NCBI RefSeq assembly: GCF_001194135.2 | Contig: NC_068999.1 | Location: 54,118,206 to 54,182,205, forward strand | Direction: 5' to 3' | Length of the DNA: 64,000 bases | Source of the DNA: Octopus bimaculoides | Taxonomy: Eukaryota | Shown here: piece by piece, positions 1-11,810 of the stretch | How positions within the stretch are numbered: the stretch's first letter is position 1 | Layout: each line of letters starts with the position of its first letter | Translations under genes and position numbers: made by a program | The notes under the pieces: generated by a model | The model's input: only the letters and a program-made list of their open reading frames with translations | What the model was told of the DNA's origin: nothing | Database searches by the model: none

Positions 1-82
1 TGTCTTCCACGTTGTATGATGCTATATCCCCTTCTATTTCGTTAAATGCTTCAAGTAACTTGTCTCTAAGTCTCTCTCCGTA

Positions 83-114
<32 letters not shown>

Positions 115-469
115 AATATTAGGGATAAAATCCAAAATTACAGGTAAAAACTCAATTAAAATCAATTTATTAAAAATTAAAATTAAATTAAGTTTCACAG
201 TATAAAATATATATAAATATATAGTTTTAGAGAAAGTCATTTTATTATCTTGATCTTATGATATTTAATTTGTATTTTATAATTATTTATTGCACTTTTA
301 ATTATTAATTTTTTCTATATGTGATAGTGGATTTTCATCGATGAGTTCATGAACCTATATATTTATATATATATATATATACACATACACGATATAAAAT
401 CTCTTTACCACCACACTCCCCCCTCCCCCCCGGACGAGGGAGATTGATATAGGGAACACATTATAAATG

Positions 470-720
470 ATGAAAATAAGAAAAGTTGAGTGGGTTGGGA
501 GTACTTAGGTGGAGGTGGCACAAGCCCAGTTAGCTCCCAGAATGAAATGTCATTCTAGAAGCAGGAGAAAAGGTAGAGAGGAGACAGCATGTCTGTAGGT
601 CAGAGGTTGAAGTATGATTATGAACGAATTTAGGCCAATAAGTCGAGCAGCCTTTCTTTGGATGTGTTCTAGGATGTTTGTATGCATAGAAGCATTGCCC
701 TAGATGTAGGGACTGGGCTT
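470..720 (-). mobile_element. CR1/L2-group LINE, 3' ORF2 fragment
   Basis: Translates to ILEHIQRKAARLIG...LQPLTYRHAVSSL and, after a frameshift, ELTGLVPPPPK, typical of CR1/L2 ORF2 C-termini. Confidence 0.7.
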
Positions 721-3700
721 TAGTTGACTGTAGCAATCTCAGTAACCATTCCATTCTCGTAGATATATTCTATCAATCTGTTGATTAAATAAACAGATTT
801 TGGTGTAATGGGAGGTAACTCTCGAAATAGCAGTTTACACAAACACGATACATATATGACATCTTGTGCAGTTACTTAATTTCAATGACAAAACATTGGG
901 CAACCTCAGTTTATAGCAGAGAACACTTGCTCAGGATGAAGAGCACTGATATCAAAATCAGATCCATGTAGTTGCAAAACGAACTTCTTACAAAGATGCA
1001 GACATCCGTATACACACATGCACATACACAAATAAATATGGCTCAAGTGTGCAAAAAAAAAANNNNNNNNNNAAAAAAAAAACACGACGGGCTTCTTCCA
1101 GTTTCCGTCCACCAAATCCACTCTGGGTTTTGGTCGGTCCGAGGTTATAGTTGAGTACACTTGCCCAAGGTGCTCTGCAGTGGCACTGAAATCTGAACCA
1201 TGTGGTTGGGAAGCAAACTTCTTACCACACAGCCTAAGAACAATGAAGAACGTTATTAGATTTTCGAATCTTATTGGATTTTCATGAGGTGTGTGCGTGC
1301 GCGCATGTGTGTTGGAAAGGGAGAATATAGTGACTGTGGTTACGAATATAAACAACATTGTTTTGTTTTTAAACTAAGAGAAACTTGCTGATACAAAATG
1401 ATTTCATATGAGAGAGAGGAAAAGTCTGAGGAGCTACCGATACACGAACTCGTGTCTTCTCCGATTCTTTGGTGTAATGATAGACCATCATTGCTACATG
1501 TTTTTCTAGGAATTCCCTACCAATACTAACATCACTATACTCCGAGTCAATGTCGGAGAGTTTCTACATGGTCGTTGTACCTGCTAAAAAGAACAGCCAA
1601 ATTTCCCTCAATTCACACACAACTAACTTTTAATAAAAGAGAGAGAATGGTCACACTAGAATGCTTTTGATCATTCTTTTTTGATCATTCTAGGCTGACA
1701 CAGCTTTTGAAATCGCGGGAAGTTCTCACTCGCTCTCATATGAATACTCCACGTACTAGCCATTAAAATCAATATATAATTAGGTATACACATTTTATTC
1801 TAAATTGAATAGTAATTTAAAAGAATTATAAACTTAGAATTTAAAAAAATAAGAAAATATATAGGCATACACTGGATCAAGGGAGGTAACTTCACTGAAC
1901 ACATTTTTTTTTTCAACCATTGAAAGTTACTCGTTTTGTATGAATTTTTTGATTCCTGGTTACTTTAAACATAGTTTGTTGTCCTTCATCAAGACTACTA
2001 GTTGACACAACGTACTCGCACACACGTTTAATAGTAGATATATAGGATAATAGAACTCAAAAATGAGTATATATGTTTGATAGGTGCATGCCATACACGA
2101 AACTCTCGGGTCTTGAGTTACTTTGAAACTTCTAAGGACTGGAATTTGGGGAGAGAGTTAGGGGATTACATCAACTCCAGCGCTCAGCTTGGTATACATT
2201 TCCCCATTCTGAAAGGATGGAAGGCAAAGTCGACCTGGGCAGAATTTGAACTCAGAAATGTTGTTAAGTATTTTGTATGGTTGAGTAACAATTCTGTCAG
2301 TTTGCTGCCTTAATAATAATAGTTTTTATGATAGTCACAAGGCCTGAGATTTGGGGGGAAGGGGAAAATGACGATTACAGTGATCCCAGTGCTTAACTGG
2401 GATTTGTTTCATCAACTCTGAAAGAATAATAATAATCCTTTCTACTTTAGGCACTTTATTTTACTCTAGTCTACTCAACTCAATATAAATACCAATGGCA
2501 ACTGAGGGTCAGTCCAGCACCCTGTTCAGAGGTAGTCTTGTATTGTCAGTTACTTAAAAGGTTGCATAGGCTGTTACAGTCAGAGCCAGATTTTATTCAA
2601 AGTTACTCTTTTCCTAGATGGCTTCGGGATCATGTCTCACTTGAACATGCTATTTTTGACATGGTTTTAGATTGTACTGGCTGTATTTTATCCTGGCACT
2701 GGCAGTAGAGAATGTGAGAAAACTAAAGGGGCTTCTTGACCCTCTGATGATTATGCCTGTCCTTAATCCTTTAACTCTCTGGCTATGGATTGCAGTTGCC
2801 CTGTGATGTTTCTGCTTGGTTGCTAATCACTTTATAGAATGCACTGGGTGCAGTGTATCATGACACCAGCAACACCAAGGTTGCTCTGTATTTTGCATGA
2901 CAAAGGACCATCACTATGCTATATGGTTTCCATTTGTTCAGGGCAATATAACCAAGATAGTGATGGCAGAAGATTAAATAGACTGAGAGGAAGAAAGAAA
3001 CAAGAGTAGCATGGTGGGAGAAGAAGGGAACAGCATGATAGAGGAAAGAAAAATGAGTAATGGAAGATAAACAGTAATGTAGCAGGGTGTAATGGGAGAG
3101 AGACATTACAAGTTTGCTGGTAAGAGAACGAATGATGGATAGTCAGTGATAGTAAAAGAAAATGGATGTCACTAACATGTCAAGCATATTAGTGTCAGCA
3201 ATCTCTTAGAGAAGAAGGGAAAGTAAACAGGAATATAGAGTACAATGGTAGCTGGTGAGAGAGATAGAGAGAGTGGTGGAGTGTTGTGGGGATGGGTGAT
3301 GGTATGAAAGAGAGGGAGCTGGTGGCGATCAGTTTGGGTGGGTAAAGAGTGGTGTATCAGGGACCAAAAGATCTGATACAATTCCTCTTTATTCAGGCAA
3401 TTTGAAGGTAGAGAGAGGAATAAAAAGATATGGATGGTGGCAGTGAGGACATAGTATGGACAAATCTAAAGTTATTCCCTATTATACACGTGGCATGGTA
3501 CAGTGAATATCAGCAACATTATCATCAAAGAACACTTTTCTTTGCTTGCATGAGTCACACAAAATTTATTGGGTCAGATTTTCTATGGTTGAATACCCTT
3601 CCTCTCATAACTCTCTCTTATTTCCAGACAAGTTTTTCACAGAAGATTGGAAGTGAATGTCACTCGTTGAAAACCACCACATGACGCTAAAACACAGCCC

Positions 3701-4112
3701 CTTTCCCATATATATATATATATATATATAATACAAATAATATGTGAGTATATGCATATATACGTACATGTATGTACATACCTACATCTACATGTATATA
3801 TAGATGCATATCTGGGTACAGGACGCCACAAAAAAATGTGGACAAAATGAGAAACAGAACATAAACAGAGCACAGAAAACACACAGGCCACATAGAGAAC
3901 ATTTCCTTCATCAGCTGCCACCATTCTAAAACTAAGCGTTTCAAAGAGTTAGGGCAGGACGCATTGTTAGAATGGCTCTTCCCGAGGAAACAAATTAAAT
4001 TTGTAATGCGGAGGAATATAGTGGCAAACAGAAAACACGACAGGAAAACGAAACAGTGAAAATAAACAAGAAGAGCTATTTGTGTGAAAATATGCTGGGA
4101 TGACAAATGGGT

Positions 4113-4340
4113 TTAATCCTTTTAGCATTTAAACTGGTCATATTTGGCCCCAAAATTCTACCTGTTTTATATCCAAACTGGCCAGATCTGACCTCTCAAA
4201 TCTACTTCTACTATGTTCTGCTCAAAATAAACAATCACGTTGTCAGTCTCAAGGCTTTGAGATAATACATGATTAATCCAGAACAATGTAAATAAATAAG
4301 CATTGCATTTGACAAAATAATCTGAATATTAAAGAGTTAA
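4113..4340 (+). mobile_element. piggyBac-like MITE, full copy; partial copies ~9390-9515(-), 19700-19850(-), 34622-34795, 43003-43110, 55629-55820
   Basis: TTAA at both ends; family ends TTAACCCTT...AAGGGTTAA; copies alignable within the window. Confidence 0.7.
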
Positions 4341-5559
4341 GAGGAATCAGATATAATGTGCAGTGTGTTGTTTTGAAATCTGATCTCAGGAGGTTGAGCT
4401 TCATGAAGGAGATGATGAGTGATTGCAACAGGTGATAAAACACTGTGTTGTTGCAGAAGATACATCCATTGCAGGCAAGCATGGAAAAACTGAATATAAA
4501 GTGATGATAGTAAATGTAGAGTTATATGCAAACCATAAAAGTCAAGAGGTGTGAGATGTGAATGTATTTATTTAACCACTTGACATCTTTAGGATTACGG
4601 CCATTTTGCAACCTTCTTCATGTAGTATTAATTTAAGTGTGGAAAAAATTATGCTTATGTGTTTGCATTAATATGCATGTGTGGCATTATACAATTGCAT
4701 GTCCACAAACCAATGCAAATAATGAAAGCTAGCTCATCAGGTCACCAGAACATTATGGTCATATCGATCTCACTCTTGTCATACGAGCAACATTGTTTTC
4801 AGTCTTTCATGGAAAAAATATGGGAAAATAGGTGAGAATTGGCAACATGAAAGGTGTCCAGTTATAGACAAATCTGTTTTAACAAATTTTGACTGATTCA
4901 TGCAAACACGGAAAAGTGGACGTTTAATGATGATAATGATGATGACACACATGAAAATATCCCCATCACCCAAACATGAACAGATCAGAATCATAACCTT
5001 TGAGGCTGCTACATATGAACACTCAGTCCCACTGTTGGTGAGGATCTCTTGTAGCAAACACATCCTCAATATAGCAAAACTGCAGCTCAAAGACTGGCCT
5101 CCCTTTTTGGGATTTCAAAGTACTTCAGTCTTCAACAACTACTAACCCTTTATAAAGCATAGGTGAAACTCACAAGGCTCTCACATTTGGGATGGTGCCG
5201 CTATTATACATACTGACATCTTAAATTGTATCCAAAAACAGCCACCCAACTGATTGTCATGAAGTCACTGACAAACACACTCCAACCTCTGACTCACAGA
5301 CATGCTATCAAAACGAAAATACTAACAACAAAACAAAACAAAAAACAAAAAAACAAAACGAGGGCAACAAAAGGCAAAAACAGAAACGAAAATCCGATAA
5401 ACGCGTTTGATCAAAGTATCCTCATAAATATTTACAATTAATTTCATGGTCAGAGCTAATTTAAATTTCATTATACATGATCCATTGTTATTGTACTGGA
5501 CATTAGCCAGCTTGTCGTTTTGACAACAGAAGCTTAACATTAAAAACTGCCATGTTTGC

Positions 5560-6700
5560 CTGAAAACAGGCCACATTCACTTCTGACTGTAATATGCAGT
5601 CAAGCGAAACTGCTAATGTATACCACACGAAGTATCTGCCATTGTTGGTCTTCATTTTGTTCTTGGTAAGTTTCGATGATGCTATTATTACCCATTGTTA
5701 AAAAATGTGATCATTCACACACATATGTATATACGCAGGTGTAAAAAAAACATTTGCTTTTGTTTTGCTTTAAATAAATCTAGGACAAGAAAGGCGGGAT
5801 TTTTCAAACAACACCGGAAAAGCCTAAACATAGCTTGCTTGCATGGTAGCCATTGTTGTTAGCAGTTCATTTATCGGAGTTGGATTTTACGAACTTCATG
5901 CTTATTATTATTGCATTTCTAAAGTCTGATTAAAAAAATAGTAATAAAATTCGGTAGAATTAATGCTGTTTAACGAAGAAATCATTGTTACTGGAAGATA
6001 AGATCGCATCTTACACTCTAGTTCTATGTACAATATTAAATTTTCGTATAGCTTTAATTTTATATATTGTATTGTTCAGCGCTTAACTTTTGGTTTTTAC
6101 AATAAATATCGAAAAAAAAGTTAATTCTTTTGGTTAAATTGGGTACAAATCCCGCAATTTCTCCGTGTTGAATAGAACAAAAGACTTGTTATCAACAGAT
6201 TCGATTTCGAATGGAAAACTGCTCAGAAGACGGTTAGTTCGTAATATGAAGGTTTACTATAAAACTACCGCCACGACCAACCTTTGTTATTATTAAATTT
6301 TACAAAATAGTTTACCAATACCGACAAAATCGATAGAGCGTTGGATAAAAATGCTTGAAGTATTTAGTCACGGCCTATTACTGAATTTATGTCCCGCCTT
6401 CCATCATTCTTCCACGGTTGATAAAATAAAGTACTAAACAAGTGCAGAAGTTGATTTGATATTTCTATAAAGCGTCTCAGCACTGAATAGAATTAATAAT
6501 AGAAGATTACAACTAATTAAAGGGAATTTCGACATATATATTATAGTTACCATAAAACATGTCACGATAGCTCAGTGTTTTTTCTTTGCAGCCGAAGGGA
6601 ACCCTGGGAAATAAATATTTGGACAGTTATTATGTTTCTTTCTCTTTTTATTATGTAAATTACCCACCGTTTGTCACAGGTTGTATAATAATAAAATTAT
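5560..6700 (+). promoter_or_regulatory. Candidate ZNF promoter and non-coding first exon
   Basis: Repeat-free, visibly CpG-richer than flanks; donor TTG|GTAAGT at 5666; GGCGGGA 5793, CCGGAAA 5814, TCCCGCC 6392; acceptor TTTTCAG| at 7481 upstream of the ATG. Confidence 0.4.
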
Positions 6701-7075
6701 AGAACCGTTTCAGAAATGATGACTTTGGAAAAGCACAGGCCTGCAGTTTTTCACTATAATAACACTGCAAGCTGTTTCTTGCCTCAACTTGGAGGGAGAA
6801 AAAAGAAATAAATAAAAGAAGGAAAAGAAACACATAAGACATCGCCATAAATTAATTCCACTTTATGAAGTTGCTGTTTTACTCCAAGTCAACTCAGAAA
6901 AGAGCAGTTTTTAAAAGCATTTCAGCCACGACCATCCAGTCTTTGTTTTCAAACATAGACCTACATTGTCTAATATGTTCTGTTTTTACTGTGATTTGAG
7001 GGATATTTGGCTGCTATTTCTAGTGAGTAACTGACTGTATAGAGGTTTGCCTTGTTGGTTGGTATGTAGTAATTG

Positions 7076-7185
7076 TTGAGTAACTTCATTTAGCTTTACT
7101 TGAGTAGCTCCACTCAACTTCTCTTGGGTGAGTTCACTCAGCTTTACTTGAATAACTTCACTTGAATAACCCAACTCAGTTTTAC
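7076..7185 (+). repeat. Degenerate 24-bp minisatellite (4 full units and 1 partial)
   Basis: Units start at 7076, 7100, 7124, 7148 (14 nt) and 7162: TTGAGTAACTTCACTCAGCTTTAC-like. Confidence 0.75.
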
Positions 7186-7680
7186 ATAAGTAGGCTGTAT
7201 GATAACAGAGGTAACCAGTCTGACACTTGGGAGTGGCCTGCAGCTTATTTCTCTCGCTCTCTCTCTCTCTATCTCTATCTCGCTGTATATGTATATATAT
7301 ATATATATATATATGTATACATATATAGTCAAATTTGAACATTAATAACCGAACATTAAAAATAGCAAATAACAAAACAACAAGAGGATGTAGATATGGA
7401 ATGTATTAACTTCAACCCTTTTCTCGCATGCATTGTACACATACCTATATAATACTCATTTGTATATCTATATCTTTTCAGGTCTGTTATTGACAAATCT
7501 TTCAAGTTCCTGTATTGAAATGGAGCAACACTATGTTGGAGAAGTTGAAATAAAGTAGATGCTTTTATCTCTTACTGACTCAAATAAAAATGATTTATAG
7601 AATTTATGGTAACTTCCTTTGGTAGAGATATTGTGAAAAATATTGTAAGTCATATCTACTTTCTATAAACTGTATCAAAT

Positions 7681-9223
7681 ATGGCTGCCCTATCTCCTAG
7701 TAATGAAAATGTTGACAGAGTTTGGATGGATAATAACATATCTCAGCATTGTTATGAAGAGCTACCATCATCAAATAGTGTTTTGTGTAGCAGAAATCAA
7801 CCTCTAACTCCCTCATCTGATGACGGAAATATTTCCGAAACTGTAGCAAAAGATATTTTTATTCTTAATCAACAGACATCAAGAGACCGACAGCCATCTT
7901 TGATGATCAATTTAAAGTCTTTGCAAGAAACCAAAAGATACAAGTGTCCTATTTGTGTGTATAAAACAAACTACAAATCTGATTTAAACCGGCATTCTAA
8001 GAAACACAGTAAATGTTCATTCACATGTGATATCTGCAAGATGCCATTCATGAGTATGGGGATTGTCATGTATCACAAGCAGAAACATCATTCAGAGCAG
8101 ATGTCCAACATGAGACACAGATATTCTTGCTCCATGTGTCCATATGGCACAAAATCTAAGTCTGATTTAAACCGGCACCTGAAATTACATCCACTTGCCA
8201 AATATCTCTGTTACATCTGCCATATTCCTTTCAATAATTTTGAAACTTTGGAACTTCATTTAAAGACCTGGCATCCAGATGCCAATAGTGTGGTTGCCCT
8301 CAACAAACCTGCTAACATAGAAGTACCATCCAAAACAGCTCATGATGCATTTTCTGATTCTGATAATCAAAACAAGAGATCAAGAGAAGGCTCACACAGT
8401 CCCTCTGATACTGTGTATTTCTATCTGCAAAATATTGACAAGAAAGGCTCAGATCCAAATAAAGTAGAGTGTAATTACAGCAGCAGATCTCAGATAAAAC
8501 TGGAAACTGAGAAATTTAAATGTACATTTTGTTCAAAACTATTTGAAGACCAATCAGTACTTGATTTTCATATTCTTCAATTTCATATTGAAACACAGTT
8601 TTCATTGAGTTCAGGAGAACAACTGAATCTTGGGAATACTTTAACCGATTCTAGTAGCACCAAAGATGCCGACAGGCAAGAGTATTGCGAAATTCAACAA
8701 CGAGAGACATTGCAATGTTCTCAATGTGTTTTCAAGACATCCAACCAGTTTCTGTTGGATAATCATCTTCGAAAACATCATGTGACTCTTTACTCTTGTT
8801 CTACATGTAACCTTTCATTTCGAAATGTCCAAAATCTCATGCAACATAAACTACAACATGAATGCCAGCCTCGAAATATTGAGAAACAGAAGGGCAGATG
8901 TTGTAAATACCAATGTGATATGTGTTCTTATGAAACTGACCATAAATCAACTTTCAACCGCCACGTTCTAAGACACAGTGTTGCCAAATATCAGTGTGAT
9001 GAGTGTCAAATGCCGTTTATGCGGGAAGGAAATCTAATTTTACACAAGCAACGGAATCATTCAACAGCTGAAAGTACTTCTATGTTTAACAAAGAACAGC
9101 GTTACCAATGTCCACACTGCCAATACGCTTCCAGTTATAAAATCACTCTTCAGAGACATGTGTTGAAGCATGCAATTGCTCTTTTCAAGTGTGATCTTTG
9201 TCACATGCCTTTCATATGTCAAG
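7681..9223 (+). CDS. ZNF coding exon 1 (fingers 1-10 and N-half of finger 11)
   Basis: C-x2-C-x12-H-x3/4-H motifs, e.g. YKCPICVYKTNYKSDLNRHSKKH and YQCDMCSYETDHKSTFNRHVLRH. Confidence 0.93.
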
Positions 9224-11029
9224 GTAAACCTATTTCAGAGTGTTATTCTGAATATAGTCTCTGCTGTTTCTTTTTAACTTGTCTTGCTTTCTGGTGCTAT
9301 GTTGTTGTCGTTTAACCCTTTAGTGTTCACATTACTCCGTCAAATGTGATGTTTATTTATCTATTTATTTATTCATCCTGTAGCATTGAGATTTCGATGA
9401 TGTGATTGTATATTTTCAAAATGAAATTGTAGGGTAGGTGTGTTAGGCAGGATCTGCTCAGTTTGGACATAAAACAGAGAGAATGTTTGGGCTGGATTAA
9501 ATGCTGAAGGGTTAACTCCCAGGTTAGCCCTAATTGAACAGCCCTAGGATCAAAGTCTTTCCATCCTTCATGATGCAGTCTTTCTTTTTCATCATTATTT
9601 CATGTGTTCCAAGGTAGTGAGCTAGCAGAATCTCCCCACCCGCCCCACCCCNNNNNNNNNNNNNNNNNNNNNNCACCCCCTCTCTCTCTTATACACACAC
9701 ATGCATACATATACACACATATTGGTATACTATAATCTTTTTGAAATAATGATGATTCTAATAATGATTCTTTATCAAAATTGTATTTTTTTTTTCTTAG
9801 GTAATTTATCTCATCACAAGAAACTTCAACATGGTGCACTTGTGTCAGACAATATTCAAGACGAAGACCCTGCTCAGCATAGTTACCTACACAACTTCAA
9901 CACACAGAGGAAACTTAATGAATCACAGGCTGTTTCTCAGGCCAACTCCTCATTCAGTTCTGCTGATGTTATCAATCTTGCTCAGTGCAAACCTGAAATA
10001 TATACTCCCTACCCAACTGCACCTATCATCTGCCAGGATGAGAGACCCGAAGTGTATAATGTTTACCCTGTGCTAGAATCTGAACCTGTTGTCTGCAAAG
10101 ACGACAGACCTGAAAGTTTCCTGTGTCCCTACTGCCCAACTAAATTTGCCACTAAGGAGGATTTCCTCAAACATATCAGCAGTCATGAAGGGACTATGTA
10201 CCACTACACAGTGGGCACCTCTTCCTTGTTGCAGCAAGTGCAGTTTGAAGAAAATATGTTACAACAGTATGGCAACAACAGCAGTAATTTAACAGCTGAT
10301 GGTGGCACCAATGAACACTCATCATTGCCCGCTGCTGCCACTGTCCTTACAGACACCTTACTGACTCTTAGGGACGTATCTGGGAATGCTTCAGGCTTTG
10401 TCAGCTCAGCTAGCAATTTTCAAAGTGAAGAGAGCCAAAGTCCTGGAGGACTAAATTATATTGAGATTGATGACGACAATAACGACAGTGATATTGATGA
10501 TGGAAATAATAACAACAACAACAACAATAGTAATAACAACAACAACAACAATAATAATAACAATAATAATAATAATGATAATGATAATCAAGGGGTCATT
10601 GGAACTGAAAACATTAGAGGGAAAGAAAGAATTGAAATTGGAGTTATCACTTTAGAGGCTGATGAAAGAAAATTGAGAAACTCTGATGTAAATATTGAGC
10701 CAAGACAGACTGCAGCTCTTGATCATGGTCAGAATTTGGTAGAGTGCTGTGACAAAGAAATTCAGTGTGCCATCATTTCATCTGAAGGTTCCCCTGCCAA
10801 TGATTCATTGTCTGCATCTCTTGTACAGCCTCCCCAGAGGGGAAGATATGTTAAACTAGTCTCCGACTTTGATGATTTCGCTGAACGTCCATTTGCATGT
10901 GCTCTCTGCTATCATCGCTTTAGCAAGTATGAAGAACTTAAGATACATGTACAGAATCACTTGACGGGTGCAGGAGGATTTGAAGAGATTCCATCCACTG
11001 CACTGTTTGTATCCACAACTTCAGATTAA
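7681..11029 (+). CDS. C2H2 zinc-finger protein, 2 coding exons (7681-9223, 9801-11029), 923 aa, 13 fingers, poly-Asn tract
   Basis: ORFs 7681-9315 and 9701-11029 join in phase 1 via donor CAAG|GTAAAC (9224) and acceptor TTTTTCTTAG| (9800). The join restores a perfect finger CDLCHMPFICQG|NLSHHKKLQH. The 2772-nt CDS is divisible by 3. Confidence 0.93.
9801..11029 (+). CDS. ZNF coding exon 2 (C-half of finger 11, fingers 12-13, poly-Asn)
   Basis: FLCPYCPTKFATKEDFLKHISSH, FACALCYHRFSKYEELKIHVQNH; stop TAA 11027-11029. Confidence 0.92.
10505..10590 (+). repeat. Coding (AAT/AAC)n tract encoding poly-Asn
   Basis: In frame within ZNF exon 2; about 23 Asn codons interrupted by one Ser. Confidence 0.95.
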
Positions 11030-11339
11030 ACTGCAGACAAGGACAGACATTGTTTATAGGATGTTATAAAGGTTTGTACCATAAATGGCAATGCTACTAA
11101 ATCAAGACTCTACGGAACATGGTTTATACTGCGAGTACCAAACATGGTTTATATTGAAAGTAACAGATAATGTAAACAGGATTTCCCCATATTTGTTGAA
11201 GAGAACAAGATATAAAGTACCAAACATAGTACATACCTGTGTTAAGATCCCAAGTCTTCACCTGTCAGTTAGTTGGCCAGTATACTATCAACAAATTAAT
11301 TCATCTTCTCTGGTTCTTCCTTATATCCCTTCTCCATCT

Positions 11340-11810
11340 CTAATCATCATCATCATCATCATCATCATCATTGTCATCATCATCCTTTGATACCTGTTTT
11401 CCATGCTGGCATGGGTTGGACAGTTTGGCAGGAGTTGGCCAGCTGGGGAGCAGTCCAGACTCCAGTTGTCTGTTTTGCTGTGGTTTCTATGGCTGGATGC
11501 CCTTCTTAACACCAACCACTCTACAGTGTGTTGGGTGCAGTTAACATGGCACCAGCACTAGTGCATTTGTAAGTGGTACCAGCATGGATGCATTTTACAT
11601 GACATCAACACCTGCAAAGGACCTGTCTGTATGCACGGATGACCATGATTTCATTTAGTTTGATGTGTCTTCTCAAGTACAGCAAATTGCCACAACTCCT
11701 GGCCCCTTGTCATTTTCTTAGTGAGACCCAGCATCTGAAGCTCCTTTCACACCACTTTGTCCCACATCTTCCTGAGTCTATCCCTTCCACAGGTTCCCGC
11801 CAAAAACAAC
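11340..11810 (-). mobile_element. RTE-clade LINE 3' end with (GAT)n tail
   Basis: GTCGRDRLRKMWDKVV*KELQMLGLTKKMTRGQELWQFAVLEKT. The same 3' tail sequence recurs at ~17640-17750, 38470-38720, 44290-44530, 50750-50900, 59580-59780. Confidence 0.75.
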
